DNA from: Chloroflexota bacterium
Lineage (GTDB): Bacteria; Chloroflexota; UBA11872; VXOZ01
DNA length: 64,000 nucleotides
NCBI GenBank assembly: GCA_964291655.2
Contig: OZ219802.1
Span: 2,528,001-2,592,000, forward strand
Reading direction: 5' to 3'
The number at the start of each line of letters is the position of its first letter. Within the stretch, counting starts at the first letter, position 1. A program made the translations under genes and the position numbers. The notes beneath the pieces are model-generated. The model did not search any database. It was not told the origin of the DNA and saw nothing but the letters and a program-made list of their open reading frames with translations. Shown here piece by piece: positions 28,176-46,638 of this stretch.

Positions 28176-29435
28176 TTAGATCAGCAAGTTATAGGGACTT
28201 TCCAGGAGGTCTTTCAAGTCCCGCAGGAACTCAGCTGCAGGAGCGCCGTAAAGTATCCGGTGGTCGGCAGAGATGCTGAGGAACATGATGTCGCGTATGA
28301 CGATTTCACCATCGCGAACGACGGGACGCGGCTCTATGCCGCCAACGGCAATGATGGCGGACTGAGGAGGATTCACGATGGCGTAAAAGTCACGCACACC
28401 GAACATCCCCAGATTCGATACGGTAAACGTGCCGCCTTCCAGGTCGCCGGGTCGATTCTTGCCTTCACGGGTACGCTCAACCAGCACCTTTGCTTCTACG
28501 GCGAGTTGACGGAGCGGCTTGGTGTCGCAGTTCTTGAGCACGGGGACCAGCAAACCGCTGGGTACGGCAACAGCAATTCCGATATTTGCCTCTTGGTGAT
28601 ATACAAAGCCGCCATCGCGATAGTAGCCGTTTGCATCCGGATGCCGCATGAGAGAGAGCGCGGTCGCTCTCATGATGATGTCGTTGTAACTAATGCGCTC
28701 TTCTTCACTCCAGGCGGCGTTCACCTCCGCCCGCATCGCCTTGGCGGCGCTCATGTCCACTTCCAGCGTAAGGTAGAAATGCGGCACGGTGGTCTTGCTT
28801 TCGACCATACGCCGGACGATTGTGGCCTGCATGCGCGAGAGTGAAGCCACCTCAGTCTCGCTCGGCATTGCGGCAGGATCGTCGGAGACGGCAGCGTCGC
28901 GTGCCGCCTTTTCAACATCATCCTTGACGATGCGGCCGCCAGGGCCGGTGCCTGTAATCTTCGTGAGGTCAAGACCTTGTTCAGCGGCCATACGGCGCGC
29001 GAGCGGCGACGCCTTGACGCGACCGGACGCTGCATCAGTTTGCGCTGCGTCGGCAGGTTGGGATGCGGAGCCGGTCTCTCCTGTGCTGCCGTCGGCGACA
29101 GCGCGCTGTGGACTGCCCAAGTCCACGCCGCTCTCCGGGGCATCGCCAGCCGCGGGCTCGGTAGGAGCGGCAACAGCTATCTGCTTTCCTATCTCACTCT
29201 CATCACCCACCAATGCTATGGGGGCTCCCAGAGCCGCCGAACCGCCTTCTGCCACGAGAAGCTGAAGCAATGTGCCCTCTTCTACGGATTCGAGATCCAT
29301 CACGGCCTTATCGGTCTCGATTTCGGCGAGCAACTCGCCCTTCTTGATGCTGTCACCCACCTGCTTATACCACTGCAGGACTCTCCCTTCCTCCATGGTA
29401 TCGCTAAGCCTGGGCATGGGGACTTCACGGGCCAT
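28176..29435 (-). CDS. pdhC: Dihydrolipoamide acetyltransferase (E2)
   Basis: Lipoyl domain ETDKA, E3-binding ASPLARR...GTGPGGRI, catalytic DHR..YG. Confidence 0.93.
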   Translation of the reverse strand: MAREVPMPRLSDTMEEGRVLQWYKQVGDSIKKGELLAEIETDKAVMDLESVEEGTLLQLLVAEGGSAALGAPIALVGDESEIGKQIAVAAPTEPAAGDAPESGVDLGSPQRAVADGSTGETGSASQPADAAQTDAASGRVKASPLARRMAAEQGLDLTKITGTGPGGRIVKDDVEKAARDAAVSDDPAAMPSETEVASLSRMQATIVRRMVESKTTVPHFYLTLEVDMSAAKAMRAEVNAAWSEEERISYNDIIMRATALSLMRHPDANGYYRDGGFVYHQEANIGIAVAVPSGLLVPVLKNCDTKPLRQLAVEAKVLVERTREGKNRPGDLEGGTFTVSNLGMFGVRDFYAIVNPPQSAIIAVGGIEPRPVVRDGEIVIRDIMFLSISADHRILYGAPAAEFLRDLKDLLESPYNLLI

Positions 29436-29463
29436 GTCTTGGGTTGCTCCTCTTCCTGTCGGT

Positions 29464-30441
29464 CTAAGCGTTGAGGGTAGTTTTCACGGCGTCTACGATC
29501 TTTTCCGGACTAGGTATTACCGCTTGCTCCAGGGGTTTGGAATAAGGCATCGGCACTTCCACCCCGCCAACACGTTCGATGGGAGCGTCCAAATGGTCGA
29601 ATGCTTCTTCGTAGATGGTCGCGGCCACCTCGGCGTTCACGCCAAAGGAGCGGTGCTCTTCTTCCGCGATGACACAGTGGTTCGTCTTCTGTACGGAGTG
29701 GACGAGTGTCTCCACGTCAAATGGCCGGATGCTGCGCAAGTCGATAACTTCTACGCTTATGCCCTCTTCGCTCAGTTGGGCGGCGGCCTGCAGTGCAAAG
29801 AGCACCATCCGCGAGTGCGCGATGAGGGTGACGTCGCTGCCGACACGCTTCACATCCGCTTCCCCAAAGGGAACGGTGTGCTCACCCTCCGGCACCACGC
29901 CCTTGCTGTTGTAGAGGGCCAGATGCTCCAAGAACATTACCGGGTTGTCGTCACGGATAGCAGTCTTAAGCAGGCCCTTGGCATCGGCAGGCACGGCCGG
30001 CGCGACTACCTTCAAGCCGGGGATGTACGCGAACCACACGTCAAGGCTGTGCGAATGCTGGGCCGTGAGCTGCTGGCCGCCGCCGCCGGGAGCGCGAATG
30101 ACCATGGGGCACTTGAGCCTGCCACCGAACATATAGCTGATCTTGGCGGCATGATTCGCAATCTGGTCCATTGCCACCATGCCGAAGTTGATCGTCATGA
30201 GTTCGACGACGGGGCGGAGGCCCGTCATTGCTGCGCCAGCGCCTAATCCGACGAATCCTTCTTCCGCGATGGGAGTGTCGATGACGCGCTTTTCGCCAAA
30301 GCGTTCCAGCAGGCCCTCGGTGACTTTGTATGCGCCCTGAAAGACACCGACCTCTTCACCCATAACGAAGACGTCCGGGTCTTGGTCCATTTCCTCAATC
30401 AGGGCATCGCGCAGGGCTTCCCGATATGAAATTTCTGCCAT
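29464..30441 (-). CDS. pdhB: Pyruvate dehydrogenase E1 beta subunit
   Basis: GEEV, DTPIAE, AQHS, PGLKVV, DLRS.RP.D, LDAP. Confidence 0.93.
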   Translation of the reverse strand: MAEISYREALRDALIEEMDQDPDVFVMGEEVGVFQGAYKVTEGLLERFGEKRVIDTPIAEEGFVGLGAGAAMTGLRPVVELMTINFGMVAMDQIANHAAKISYMFGGRLKCPMVIRAPGGGGQQLTAQHSHSLDVWFAYIPGLKVVAPAVPADAKGLLKTAIRDDNPVMFLEHLALYNSKGVVPEGEHTVPFGEADVKRVGSDVTLIAHSRMVLFALQAAAQLSEEGISVEVIDLRSIRPFDVETLVHSVQKTNHCVIAEEEHRSFGVNAEVAATIYEEAFDHLDAPIERVGGVEVPMPYSKPLEQAVIPSPEKIVDAVKTTLNA

Positions 30442-30468
30442 AGGTCTTGTGCTCCCTGGGACAGATGA

Positions 30469-30764
30469 TTAGAAAATATGCCCGTTATCTGCTTGCGTTT
30501 TGCGCGGTAGCAACTCAAGCGCGGCCAATACCGCTATGGCCAAGCCGGCCGCAGCGAAAACGTATGCGCCCGAATGCAGCCGCATGCGCAACTCCAACTC
30601 ACGAAGGTCGGCTGTGGTCGACCGCGCCAGTTCCCTGAGGTCAGACTTGGTCGCTAAGGCGTCATGCGAGTCGCCCATGACGTCTAACCTGGCCTCCGCT
30701 TTGACCTCGCCAAAACCTGCTGCCGTAAGCGTTTTACGGCTCTATGGGTGTCAAACGCCGCCAT
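30469..30764 (-). pseudogene. DUF1640/CCDC90-like small coiled-coil membrane protein, frameshifted (pseudogene or sequencing error)
   Basis: ATG 30764 reads MAAFDTHRAVK; one extra A in the A4 run (TTTT 30732-30735) joins it to TLTAAGF..AEA...LATKSDL...LELR plus a C-terminal TM helix. Confidence 0.7.
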
Positions 30765-30766
30765 GC

Positions 30767-31810
30767 CTACACATCCTCGGCGTACACGAATTTTTCCAGT
30801 TCCGCCACGTCAGGGAACGGGCTCCGCTCGGCAAAGTCCACCGCTGATTGCACCTTGGCAAGCACGGCTTCTTCAATGTCGTCGGCGTCTTCCTGTGTGA
30901 AGATCTCACCCTCGAGCAGGCGCTTCCGGAAGTTCTCTACCGGGTCGCGTTCACGCCACTCCGCAATTTCGTCTACGGTGCGGTAGTTCTTGCCCGCATC
31001 CGCCATCGAGTGGCCGCGATAGCGGTACGTGACGCACTCGACAAATATCGGCTCGCTTGTGCGCCGCACTTCTTCTACGAGCTTCTTCGTTAGTTGGTAC
31101 ACCGCGAGCACGTCCATGCCATTAACTTTGTAGCCGGGAATGTCATAGGCCACGCCCTTCTTCCACAACTCGGTTACGGCGGAGGCGCGCGCAACGCTGG
31201 TACCCATGCCGTATTGGTTGTTCGTGCAGATGAAGAGGTTCGGCAGTTTCCACAGCGAGGCAATGTTGAGCGCTTCGTGGAAAGCCCCAATATTGGTGGC
31301 GCCGTCGCCAAAAGTGGACATAACGATTTCATCGCTGTCCCGGTACTTGATGGCAAACGAGACACCGGTGGAGAGCGGGATACTGCCGCCCACGATGCCG
31401 TAGCCGCCCATGAAGCGGCGGTCGGGGTCTACCAGGTGCATCGAGCCGCCACGGCCCTTTGCGCAACCGTCCCGCTTACCGAACAGCTCTGCCATAACGG
31501 TACCGTGTGGCAACTCACGCACTATGGCTGAGCCGTGCACACGGTAACTACCGAAAAAGTAGTCTTCTTTTCTTAGCGCCTTAAGGGTACCGACGACGGT
31601 GGCTTCCTCACCGATGTTTAGGTGGCAGTAGCCGCCGATTTTGGCACGCAAGTACATTTCCGCCACACGCTCCTCAAAGCGCCTGACGTATAGCATGCTG
31701 GTATAGAAGTCGATAAGTTGGTCGTTCTCATAGTTGGCGAGATCGCCGGAGTCGCGTACCGGGAGCTCAGTGTCAGTAACCTGGTCTGTCGGTTCCTGGC
31801 TTTGGCTCAT
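30767..31810 (-). CDS. pdhA: Pyruvate dehydrogenase E1 alpha subunit
   Basis: G.CHL.IG.EA, GRGGSMH, FGDGA.N, NNQYGMGT, TYRYRGHSM.D. Confidence 0.95.
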   Translation of the reverse strand: MSQSQEPTDQVTDTELPVRDSGDLANYENDQLIDFYTSMLYVRRFEERVAEMYLRAKIGGYCHLNIGEEATVVGTLKALRKEDYFFGSYRVHGSAIVRELPHGTVMAELFGKRDGCAKGRGGSMHLVDPDRRFMGGYGIVGGSIPLSTGVSFAIKYRDSDEIVMSTFGDGATNIGAFHEALNIASLWKLPNLFICTNNQYGMGTSVARASAVTELWKKGVAYDIPGYKVNGMDVLAVYQLTKKLVEEVRRTSEPIFVECVTYRYRGHSMADAGKNYRTVDEIAEWRERDPVENFRKRLLEGEIFTQEDADDIEEAVLAKVQSAVDFAERSPFPDVAELEKFVYAEDV

Positions 31811-32163
31811 TCCCGTATTACCTCCTTTGGCATCTCGGGCTGGAAGCCCTGTTTTACCGTGTCACGCAACCCGCAAAATGCAACGGGACCCCGATACGCC
31901 AAGTATGGGCATTTCCCGTTGTCCCCAGCGCGCTGCGTGATGTTCGCACATCACCGTGCACTCTGTTCGAGCGCGGCCCAATTCCTCATGGTGCGCATTT
32001 CGCACCCAGCCAAAATGCACGCACCACCGTTGGCATGCCACGCTCCACCTTCCTCATTATACCGTAGAGAAACACTGCGTGGCACGACCCGGGGGGCGAA
32101 CAGGCTCGTGCTATACTGTGCGGAAGATCTGAAAGTTGATTTTTCACATATAAGGGTGCTTGC

Positions 32164-32631
32164 ATGCTGGCTGTGGTGCAACGCGTGCGTGAAGCGCGTG
32201 TGGACGTTGGTGAAAGACTTGTCAGTAGCATCGGCCAGGGGCTTGTCGTGCTCATTGCCGTGAAGACTGGCGATACGGGAGAGGCTGCAACGTATGTTGC
32301 TACGAAGCTCGCTACCTTACGCATCTTTGGCGATGAAGCCGGCAAGATGAATCTCTCGGTGCAGGAGGTGGGCGGCGCAGTGCTCGTGGTCTCGCAGTTC
32401 ACGCTCTATGGCGAGACCCGCAAGGGCCGCCGGCCGAGCTTTACCAAGTCCGCCCGGCCGGAGGAAGCCGAGCCATTGATCGGGCAGGTAGTCAGCAGTC
32501 TGCAGGACCAGGGAATACCCGTTGCTTGCGGTGAGTTCGGAGCAATGATGCAGCTATCACTCATCAACGACGGGCCGGTTACCATCATTCTCGATTCGGA
32601 CGACCGCGAGATTCCGCGCCGACAGGCATAG
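32164..32631 (+). CDS. dtd: D-aminoacyl-tRNA deacylase
   Basis: VVQRV..A.V, LRIF.DE.GKMN.S, SQFTL, GRRPSF, FGA.M...NDGPVT. Confidence 0.97.
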   Translation: MLAVVQRVREARVDVGERLVSSIGQGLVVLIAVKTGDTGEAATYVATKLATLRIFGDEAGKMNLSVQEVGGAVLVVSQFTLYGETRKGRRPSFTKSARPEEAEPLIGQVVSSLQDQGIPVACGEFGAMMQLSLINDGPVTIILDSDDREIPRRQA

Positions 32632-32669
32632 GTGAAGGCGACGGCGACCGGCGGACGTTGCGCGAAGAG

Positions 32670-32730
32670 TCACAAGGGGCGGGCACAATCACCTGAGTTT
32701 CAAGCTGGTGATCGCGTCCGCCCTTTGTGA
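32670..32730. terminator. Long hairpin between convergent dtd and rpoC, probable terminator
   Basis: TCACAAGGGGCGG...CCGCCCTTTGTGA. Confidence 0.55.
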
Positions 32731-32825
32731 TTCTAACGGCATACTTTTCCGACAGGCTGCAAGAGAGCCGCTACTCTGCGGTTTCTTCTGCTGTGCCCTC
32801 TGCGGTGGGTTCCTCGACAGATGCC

Positions 32826-37331
<4,506 letters not shown>

Positions 37332-37421
37332 ATAACAATACGCCTCCTCGTACTGTGCTGGGAAAAAGCTTTGCTAGCAGCGGCAGACTGCCGTTGGGCG
37401 AACACAGGTCCCAAACTTGTG

Positions 37422-40400
37422 CTATTCGTGATGCTCGCGACCTTGCAGGTTGATACCCCCAAGATCGGGCAGGCCATCCGTGTCGCCTTCTTCGGGGAAG
37501 CGGATTTCCTCTTCGTTCTCGTTGAGAACCTCCACCGCCAGAGCCAGACTTTGCAATTCTTTGACAAGAACTTTGAAAGACTCCGGAATGCCGGGCTGGA
37601 GGACTTCCTCCCCTTTAACGATTGCTTCATACGTTTTAACACGGCCATGCACGTCATCGGACTTGACCGTAAGCATCTCTTGCAATGTGTAGGCGGCGCC
37701 ATAGGCTTCCAATGCCCACACCTCCATCTCGCCAAAGCGCTGGCCGCCAAACTGCGCTTTGCCGCCTAAGGGCTGTTGCGTAATCAAGGAATAGGGGCCG
37801 GTGGAGCGGGCGTGCACTTTGTTTTCGACAAGATGGGCGAGTTTTAGCATGTATACCCAACCGACCGTTATTTCCTGGTCGAAGGCCTCGCCGGAGCGGC
37901 CGTCGTAAAGGACTGCCTTGCCGTTGCGGGGCAGCTCCGCAGACTCCAGTGCGCTTTCGATCTCGGCCTCGCCTGCGCTGTCGAAAACCGGCACGACTGC
38001 CTGGTAACCCAGTTCGTGCGCGGCCCACCCCAAATGTGCTTCGAGGATTTGACCGAGGTTCATGCGGGAAGGAGCGCCAAGCGGGCTGAGAACGATATCC
38101 ACCGGCGTGCCGTCGGCCAGATGCGGCATGTCTTCCACGGGCATGATGCGCGCAACCACGCCTTTGTTGCCGTGGCGCCCTGCCATCTTGTCTCCTGCCA
38201 TAAGCTTGCGCTTGGAGGCCACAGATACCCGGACCATCTCATTCACGCCGCTGGAGAGCTCGTCGCCCATCTCCTTATTAAAGGTGCTGACGTCTACCAC
38301 TTTGCCGTGCTCACCGGCCGGCATGCGCTTGGAAGTGTCTTTGACATCGCGGGCGTCCTTGCCAAAGATGGCGCGCAGAAGCCGGTCTTCGCCGGTCAGG
38401 TCCGTTTCGCCTTTTGGCGTGACTTTGCCCACCAGAATGTCATCCGGGTGGACTTCCGCACCGACGTAAATGACGCCGTTCTCGTCCAAGTTCCGCAGGG
38501 CCTCTTCGGCCACGTTGGGAATATCGCGCGTAATCTCTTCGGGCCCTAATTTCGTGTCCCGGGCCTCGCACTCATACTTTTCAACATGGACGGACGTAAA
38601 GAGGTCCTCTTGCACCACGCGATCGCTGATGATGATGGCGTCTTCGTAGTTGCCGCCTTCCCAGAACATGAAAGCGCACAAGACGTTTTGTCCTAGGGCA
38701 AGTTGCCCGTTGTCTGTCGAGGAACTATCCGCCAGCGGCTGGCCCGCCACCACGCGCTCGCCTTTGCGCACGATGGCGCGCTGATTGAAGCAGGTGGCTG
38801 CATTGGTGCGCTCGAATTTCTTCAGGGGATAGACGTGCTCCTCGCCGTCGTCGCCCAGCAAGCGAAGTTCGCGTGCCGTAGCGCCGCTGACAATGCCGTC
38901 CACGGCAGCGCAAAGAACCTGTCCCGAATCTTCCGCTGCTTTCCACTCCATTCCGGTGGCCACGAGGGGCGCTTCCGGCGTGAGAAGCGGTACCGCCTGC
39001 CGTTGCATGTTGGCGCCCATCAATGCCCGGTTCGCATCGTCGTGCTCCAGGAAAGGAATGAGCGACGTAGGTACGCTGACAATCTGTTTCGGCGAGACGT
39101 CCATGAAATCTATGCGATCGGGAACTTCCTGCAGGAATTGCCCGCCGGCGCGGCAGGCAACCCGATCTTCTACAAACTCGCCAACTTCGTTAATCCGGGC
39201 ATTTGCCTGGGAGACGATGTACAGGTCCTCCTCGTCTGCAGAGAGATACGTAACACCGTCAACGTTCATGCTGGCAAAGGGACGCAGAGGTAGCTCCGTC
39301 CCCACGAGATTGGCTTCCTTAAGGGCGGCTATGTCGTTTTCGGTTAGTACCGTGCCGGATGGGATGACAACGGTGTCGCCACTCTTAATGTCTGCGGTCA
39401 CCGTGTGGCCGATGAGGTCCGCGCCATCGCCCTTAAGCGTGAGTGACTTTATGACTTGCCGATAGGGCGTTTCTATGAAGCCGTAATCGTTGACGCGTCC
39501 ATAGCTGGCGAGGCTGCCGATGAGGCCGATGTTCGGACCTTCCGGCGTCTCAATCGGGCAAATGCGTCCGTAGTGCGAGTGGTGCACGTCGCGCACGTCA
39601 AAGCCTGCGCGATCGCGGGATAGCCCGCCCGGTCCCATGGCAGAGAGGCGCCGCTTATGCCCCAACTCTGAAAGGGGGTTAGTCTGGTCCATGAATTGCG
39701 AGAGCTGGCTGCCGCCAAAAAACTCGCGCACGGCGGCAACCACCGGTCGCGTGTTGATGAGGGCTGCCGGCGTTACGGTCGCCGGGTCTTGCAGCGTCAT
39801 ACGTTCTTTAATGACGCGCTCCATGCGGAGCAGGCCGATGCGAAACTGGTTCTGCAGGAGTTCGCCGACCGCCCGCACGCGTCGGTTCCCCAGGTGGTCG
39901 ATGTCGTCCGGGGGATTCTGCGAGTTGTCGAGTTCGATGAGCCTGCGGACGATATACACAAGGTCTTCGGGTGTGAGCGTGCGTACTTCCGGCGGCGTGG
40001 GCATCTGTAAACGCTTGTTGAGCTTGTAGCGCCCGACGCGGCCCAGGTCGTACCGACGCCCGTTGAAGAACGTCGACTCGATTAGATTCTTGGCATTGTC
40101 CAGCGTGACCGGATCGCCGGGCCGGATGCGCTTGTATACCTCCCGCAAGCCACTCTCCTGCGAGTTGGAGGGATCGCGCCGCTGGGCACCGTCTTGCCCG
40201 CCGATGGTGGTGGCAATGTAGGGGTGATCGGGGTTTGTATCGATGTCATGGAAGAGGTCGTAGAGTTCAGAATCGGAGCCGTAACCGACGGCGCGCAGGA
40301 GTGCCGTCACGGGAATGGTGCGGCGTTTATCCACCTTGACGGTCAATATATCCTTGGCGCTGGTTTCGAATTCCAGCCACGCCCCGCGATTGGGGATGAG

Positions 40401-40883
40401 CTTGGCGCTATAGAGATAGCGGCTGCCGGAAGGGTCTTCCCTGCGGGTATAGTACACCCCTGGCGAGCGCACCAATTGGCTCACCACCACGCGCTCCGTG
40501 CCGTTGTAAATGAACGTACCGGAACTGCTCATGAGCGGAAAGTCGCCCATGAAGACCGTCATCTCTTTGATTTCGCCGGTCTGCTTGATAAGCAGTTTTG
40601 CTCGTACACGAAGGGGCGATTGGTAGGTTAGGTCACGTTTGCGGCATTCGTTTTCGTCGTAAGGCGGCCGGTCAAACGGGTTTTCCGGCACTTCGAAGCT
40701 GAGTTCAAAATTCTTTCCCGTAAAGTCCTCAATGGGCGAAATCTCAGCAAACACCTCTCGTAGCCCATTAGTTTGGAACCAGCGAAAGGACCGCATTTGC
40801 AGTTCGATGAGGTCGGGTAGCGGTAATATCTCCGGCAACTTGCCATAGTTGTGTTGCTGCAATGCTTTACCGCTCATGGCCAT
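37422..40883 (-). CDS. rpoB: RNA polymerase beta subunit
   Basis: [38 protein letters not shown]. Confidence 0.98.
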   Translation of the reverse strand: MAMSGKALQQHNYGKLPEILPLPDLIELQMRSFRWFQTNGLREVFAEISPIEDFTGKNFELSFEVPENPFDRPPYDENECRKRDLTYQSPLRVRAKLLIKQTGEIKEMTVFMGDFPLMSSSGTFIYNGTERVVVSQLVRSPGVYYTRREDPSGSRYLYSAKLIPNRGAWLEFETSAKDILTVKVDKRRTIPVTALLRAVGYGSDSELYDLFHDIDTNPDHPYIATTIGGQDGAQRRDPSNSQESGLREVYKRIRPGDPVTLDNAKNLIESTFFNGRRYDLGRVGRYKLNKRLQMPTPPEVRTLTPEDLVYIVRRLIELDNSQNPPDDIDHLGNRRVRAVGELLQNQFRIGLLRMERVIKERMTLQDPATVTPAALINTRPVVAAVREFFGGSQLSQFMDQTNPLSELGHKRRLSAMGPGGLSRDRAGFDVRDVHHSHYGRICPIETPEGPNIGLIGSLASYGRVNDYGFIETPYRQVIKSLTLKGDGADLIGHTVTADIKSGDTVVIPSGTVLTENDIAALKEANLVGTELPLRPFASMNVDGVTYLSADEEDLYIVSQANARINEVGEFVEDRVACRAGGQFLQEVPDRIDFMDVSPKQIVSVPTSLIPFLEHDDANRALMGANMQRQAVPLLTPEAPLVATGMEWKAAEDSGQVLCAAVDGIVSGATARELRLLGDDGEEHVYPLKKFERTNAATCFNQRAIVRKGERVVAGQPLADSSSTDNGQLALGQNVLCAFMFWEGGNYEDAIIISDRVVQEDLFTSVHVEKYECEARDTKLGPEEITRDIPNVAEEALRNLDENGVIYVGAEVHPDDILVGKVTPKGETDLTGEDRLLRAIFGKDARDVKDTSKRMPAGEHGKVVDVSTFNKEMGDELSSGVNEMVRVSVASKRKLMAGDKMAGRHGNKGVVARIMPVEDMPHLADGTPVDIVLSPLGAPSRMNLGQILEAHLGWAAHELGYQAVVPVFDSAGEAEIESALESAELPRNGKAVLYDGRSGEAFDQEITVGWVYMLKLAHLVENKVHARSTGPYSLITQQPLGGKAQFGGQRFGEMEVWALEAYGAAYTLQEMLTVKSDDVHGRVKTYEAIVKGEEVLQPGIPESFKVLVKELQSLALAVEVLNENEEEIRFPEEGDTDGLPDLGGINLQGREHHE

Positions 40884-41104
40884 AGTAACTATCCTCTCTC
40901 GCCACTTAGATACTGTCCAAAGCGACTATTGCGCCAAGGTACATTACTTCCATGATAGCAGTTTGCACCTGCGGGAACAACTGGCCGCTTGCAGCGGGCC
41001 GAGGGTGAAAGCCCCCTTGCGAGTCCTTGTGATCTTGCCCACAACATCGCGCAGCGCGAGATTCGGTGGGGCGTTTCTCACCCCATGTACGCCGTCGCCT
41101 TGCA

Positions 41105-42694
41105 TCAGCTCTCTTTGAGTATCGCCATCGCGGCGTTGTGGCCGGGGGCGCCGGTTACGCCGCCGCCGGGATGGGCGCCGGAGCCGCAGAGGTAGAGGTT
41201 TCGCACCGGCGTGGCGTAACGCGCCCAGCCCAATGCTGGACGCATGAAGAAGAGCTGATCGAGGCTCAGTTCCCCATGGAAGATGTTGCCTCCGGTAAGG
41301 CCGTATTCTTGCTCCAAGTCCAGGGGGGAGAGGGCGTGCACGTGCTCGATGGCTTGGGGCAAATTGGGAGCATAGGCGGCGAGGGTATCAATGATGCGCT
41401 GCACAAAGCGCTCTTTCTCTTCCGGCCACGTACTCTCCTTGAGCCGGTAGGGCGCGTACTGCACAAATATGCCCATGACGTGTTTTCCCTCGGGTGCGAG
41501 GGAAGAGTCATAGGCTGTGGGGATGGTGATCTCCAGCAGGGGATGCTCGGAGGGTTTGCCGTACTTGGCATCATCCCAGGCGCGTTCCAAATACTCCATG
41601 CTTGGACAAATGTGTGTAGTGCCCCGGTGCTGCGGTCCGAGAGTCGTGCCGGGTAAGGCCGTGTAGTCCGGCAACTCGCCCAAAGCGAGATTGAGCTTGA
41701 ACGACGACCCTTCACATTGGTACGACTCGATTTGCGAAATAAAGTCTTCCGGCAGGGAGCGGCGCTCCACGAGATGCAGGAACGTGCGCTTGGGGTCGGC
41801 ATTCGAAACAACGACGTTGGCGTGGTATTCGGCGCCATCTTCCAGCACCACGCCCGTGGCTGCGTCGCCACGTGTAACCACTTGGGCGACCGGCGCGTCC
41901 GTGAGAATCACTGCGCCGTGGGCTTGGGCCGAGGCTGCCAGGGCTTGGGTGATGGCGCCCATGCCGCCCTCCACAAACCCCCATAGTCCGCGCACCCCGC
42001 CGACACCGCCCATTACGTGGTGCAGGAGCACGTAGGCAGTGCCGGGAGTGCGCGGGCCGCCGTTTGTGCCGATCACACCGTCAGTGGCAAGCGCCACTTT
42101 CAATGCATCCGATTCGAACCATTCGTCTAGGATGGATTGCACGCTCCGCGTCATGAGCTTGACCGCGTCAGCCAATTGCGCGTTGGAGAGACCGAGGAGC
42201 GTGCGTCCCGCGCGCAGCGGCTCAAGCCAGTCGCTCAGCCGTTGGGGCGGAAACTGTGGCGGCGGCTGCAAGAAGAGCGGTTCGATGAGTTTCGCGACAC
42301 CTTCGATGTACCTTTCATATTCGGGATAGCGTTCCGCGTCTCGAGCCGAAAACTTGGCGATTTCCTGAGAGGTGCGCGCCAAGTCACGGTACATAAAGAG
42401 GTGGCTGCCGTCGGGGTAAGGAGCGAAATATGCCGGGTCTTTGGGAAATGCCTTGTAACCGTAGCGCGGCAATTCAAGCTCCCGCACCACTTTCTCCTGG
42501 AGCAGGCTTACCAGGTAGGAACACGTGGAAACACGGTAGCCGGGAAAGACCTCTTCAGTCACGCACGCGCCGCCGACGATGGGCCGGCGCTCCAGCACCA
42601 GCACCCTCCAGCCGGCGCGCGCCAGGTAGCCTGCCGTGACGAGTCCGTTATGGCCCGCCCCGATGATGATGGCGTCGTATGTGGAATTCGTCAT
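41105..42694 (-). CDS. Phytoene-desaturase-family (PYROXD2-like) FAD oxidoreductase
   Basis: GAGHNGL..A.YLA..G..V.VLERR..VGGAC.TEE; GGMG; GNIFHG; LYLCGSGAHPGGGV.G.PG.NAA. Confidence 0.9.
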   Translation of the reverse strand: MTNSTYDAIIIGAGHNGLVTAGYLARAGWRVLVLERRPIVGGACVTEEVFPGYRVSTCSYLVSLLQEKVVRELELPRYGYKAFPKDPAYFAPYPDGSHLFMYRDLARTSQEIAKFSARDAERYPEYERYIEGVAKLIEPLFLQPPPQFPPQRLSDWLEPLRAGRTLLGLSNAQLADAVKLMTRSVQSILDEWFESDALKVALATDGVIGTNGGPRTPGTAYVLLHHVMGGVGGVRGLWGFVEGGMGAITQALAASAQAHGAVILTDAPVAQVVTRGDAATGVVLEDGAEYHANVVVSNADPKRTFLHLVERRSLPEDFISQIESYQCEGSSFKLNLALGELPDYTALPGTTLGPQHRGTTHICPSMEYLERAWDDAKYGKPSEHPLLEITIPTAYDSSLAPEGKHVMGIFVQYAPYRLKESTWPEEKERFVQRIIDTLAAYAPNLPQAIEHVHALSPLDLEQEYGLTGGNIFHGELSLDQLFFMRPALGWARYATPVRNLYLCGSGAHPGGGVTGAPGHNAAMAILKES

Positions 42695-43482
42695 GCTTCA
42701 ATTGCGAAAACGCGGAGGGCGTTCCGGCAGAGTATCGCTTCTTGCTGGGCGTTAGTGAGCTTGCGGCAGTGGCGTTGGATAAGCTGGGGCCCAAACTCGA
42801 TGGGCATGTGCGGGGCGTTGGTAGCATTCAGCACGCGTTCGGCCCCGACGCCGTCAACGAGATTTTGTATATAGATAGGACGCAGCACGCCAGCGAGGTC
42901 TACGACTGTATTCTCGGCTCTGCGCATGAAGGGGACAACTTCGGGCACGAACCCTGGGACGCCCGCGTGGGCGATGATAAAGGTGATGCCGGGAAAATCC
43001 AGGGCCAAGTCGGCGACCAGCGCCGGCGTACAGGTGTGGCCGTGTTCCTCACCGGTGTGGATCATCACCGGCACGCGAAGCGCCGCGATGGCTTCCAAGA
43101 CCGGCTCCAGCAGGGCGCGGTCGGCGAGGGAATAGCAGCCTGCGCCGTAGGTGGAGGCGTCGATGGTGTTCAACTTGACAGCGTGAAAGCCACGATCGCG
43201 CACCCAGTAGTGCATTTCGTCAATGGCTTGAGCGCCGCGTGGGGGTTTAACCCGCACGAAGCCATAGATGCGGTCCGGATAGGTGGCGATGGCCTGCGCG
43301 ATGCGCTCGTGGTCGGCGGCAAAGTGATCTGCAGCGCCCACGCCGGGAGGCGCACAGAGTGCCCGGTCCACTTCGCCCCGATCCATGTAGGCGATCATGT
43401 CTGGGCCCTGCATGGTGGCGGGCATGCCCTGGACTTCCCAGATGGGGTTGTGTCCGAGATAGCAGTGCGCGTCGATAATCAC
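42691..43482 (-). CDS. Amidohydrolase-2 family protein
   Basis: GTG start after GGAGGT; IIDAH, PV.IHTG, IIAHAG, RNA.R.F; ATGA overlap with the downstream oxidoreductase. Confidence 0.8.
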   Translation of the reverse strand: MIIDAHCYLGHNPIWEVQGMPATMQGPDMIAYMDRGEVDRALCAPPGVGAADHFAADHERIAQAIATYPDRIYGFVRVKPPRGAQAIDEMHYWVRDRGFHAVKLNTIDASTYGAGCYSLADRALLEPVLEAIAALRVPVMIHTGEEHGHTCTPALVADLALDFPGITFIIAHAGVPGFVPEVVPFMRRAENTVVDLAGVLRPIYIQNLVDGVGAERVLNATNAPHMPIEFGPQLIQRHCRKLTNAQQEAILCRNALRVFAIEA

Positions 43483-43562
43483 AGTTGGACCTCCATTTTC
43501 GCCAACGAGACTCTTGAGGAGCTCTGCCAAGCAGTTAGACACGGGCTCGATTGCCGCCAGAT

Positions 43563-43886
43563 CCCCTTCACCCCGGCCCTCTCCCTGTACAGACTGGGCT
43601 GATAGGTAACAGGTGTTCGGGTTGATAGGTTACACATTGTACTGATTGACACCTTCGGGCGCTTTAGGTTGGGCAGAGAAATAGACGTTCCAGGCACCAC
43701 GACATACTCATGTTCAGTTCGTGAGCTGGTGCCAGGGGAAAAACCGTATCCATAAGGGTATTGAGTTGGTCTAACTTCCATGGCATGGACACTGCATACA
43801 ACGAAAACTCCCATATTCGATGGTGTAACCTATCAACCCGAACATGTGTTACCCATCAACCCGGTCTATACACTCCAGGGAGAGGG
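43563..43886. repeat. Single REP hairpin of the 25790 family split by MITE copy 2
   Basis: CCCCTTCACCCCGGCCCTCTCCC on the left, CTCCAGGGAGAGGG on the right. Confidence 0.8.
43586..43872 (-). mobile_element. 287-bp IS481-like MITE, copy 2 (inverted relative to copy 1)
   Basis: Same length as copy 1 with ~4 substitutions by eye; flanks CTCCC / CTCCA. Confidence 0.9.
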
Positions 43887-44001
43887 AGACATTCCCGCCT
43901 GCTGGCCCAAGGAGGGCAAAGGCTTTCTCAAAAGAGAGTGGAGTCTGTGCCTCAAAACTGGGATAGGCTAGGGTCTCCTGGAGAGTAGGGTCTGAACGTG
44001 G

Positions 44002-46638
<2,637 letters not shown>

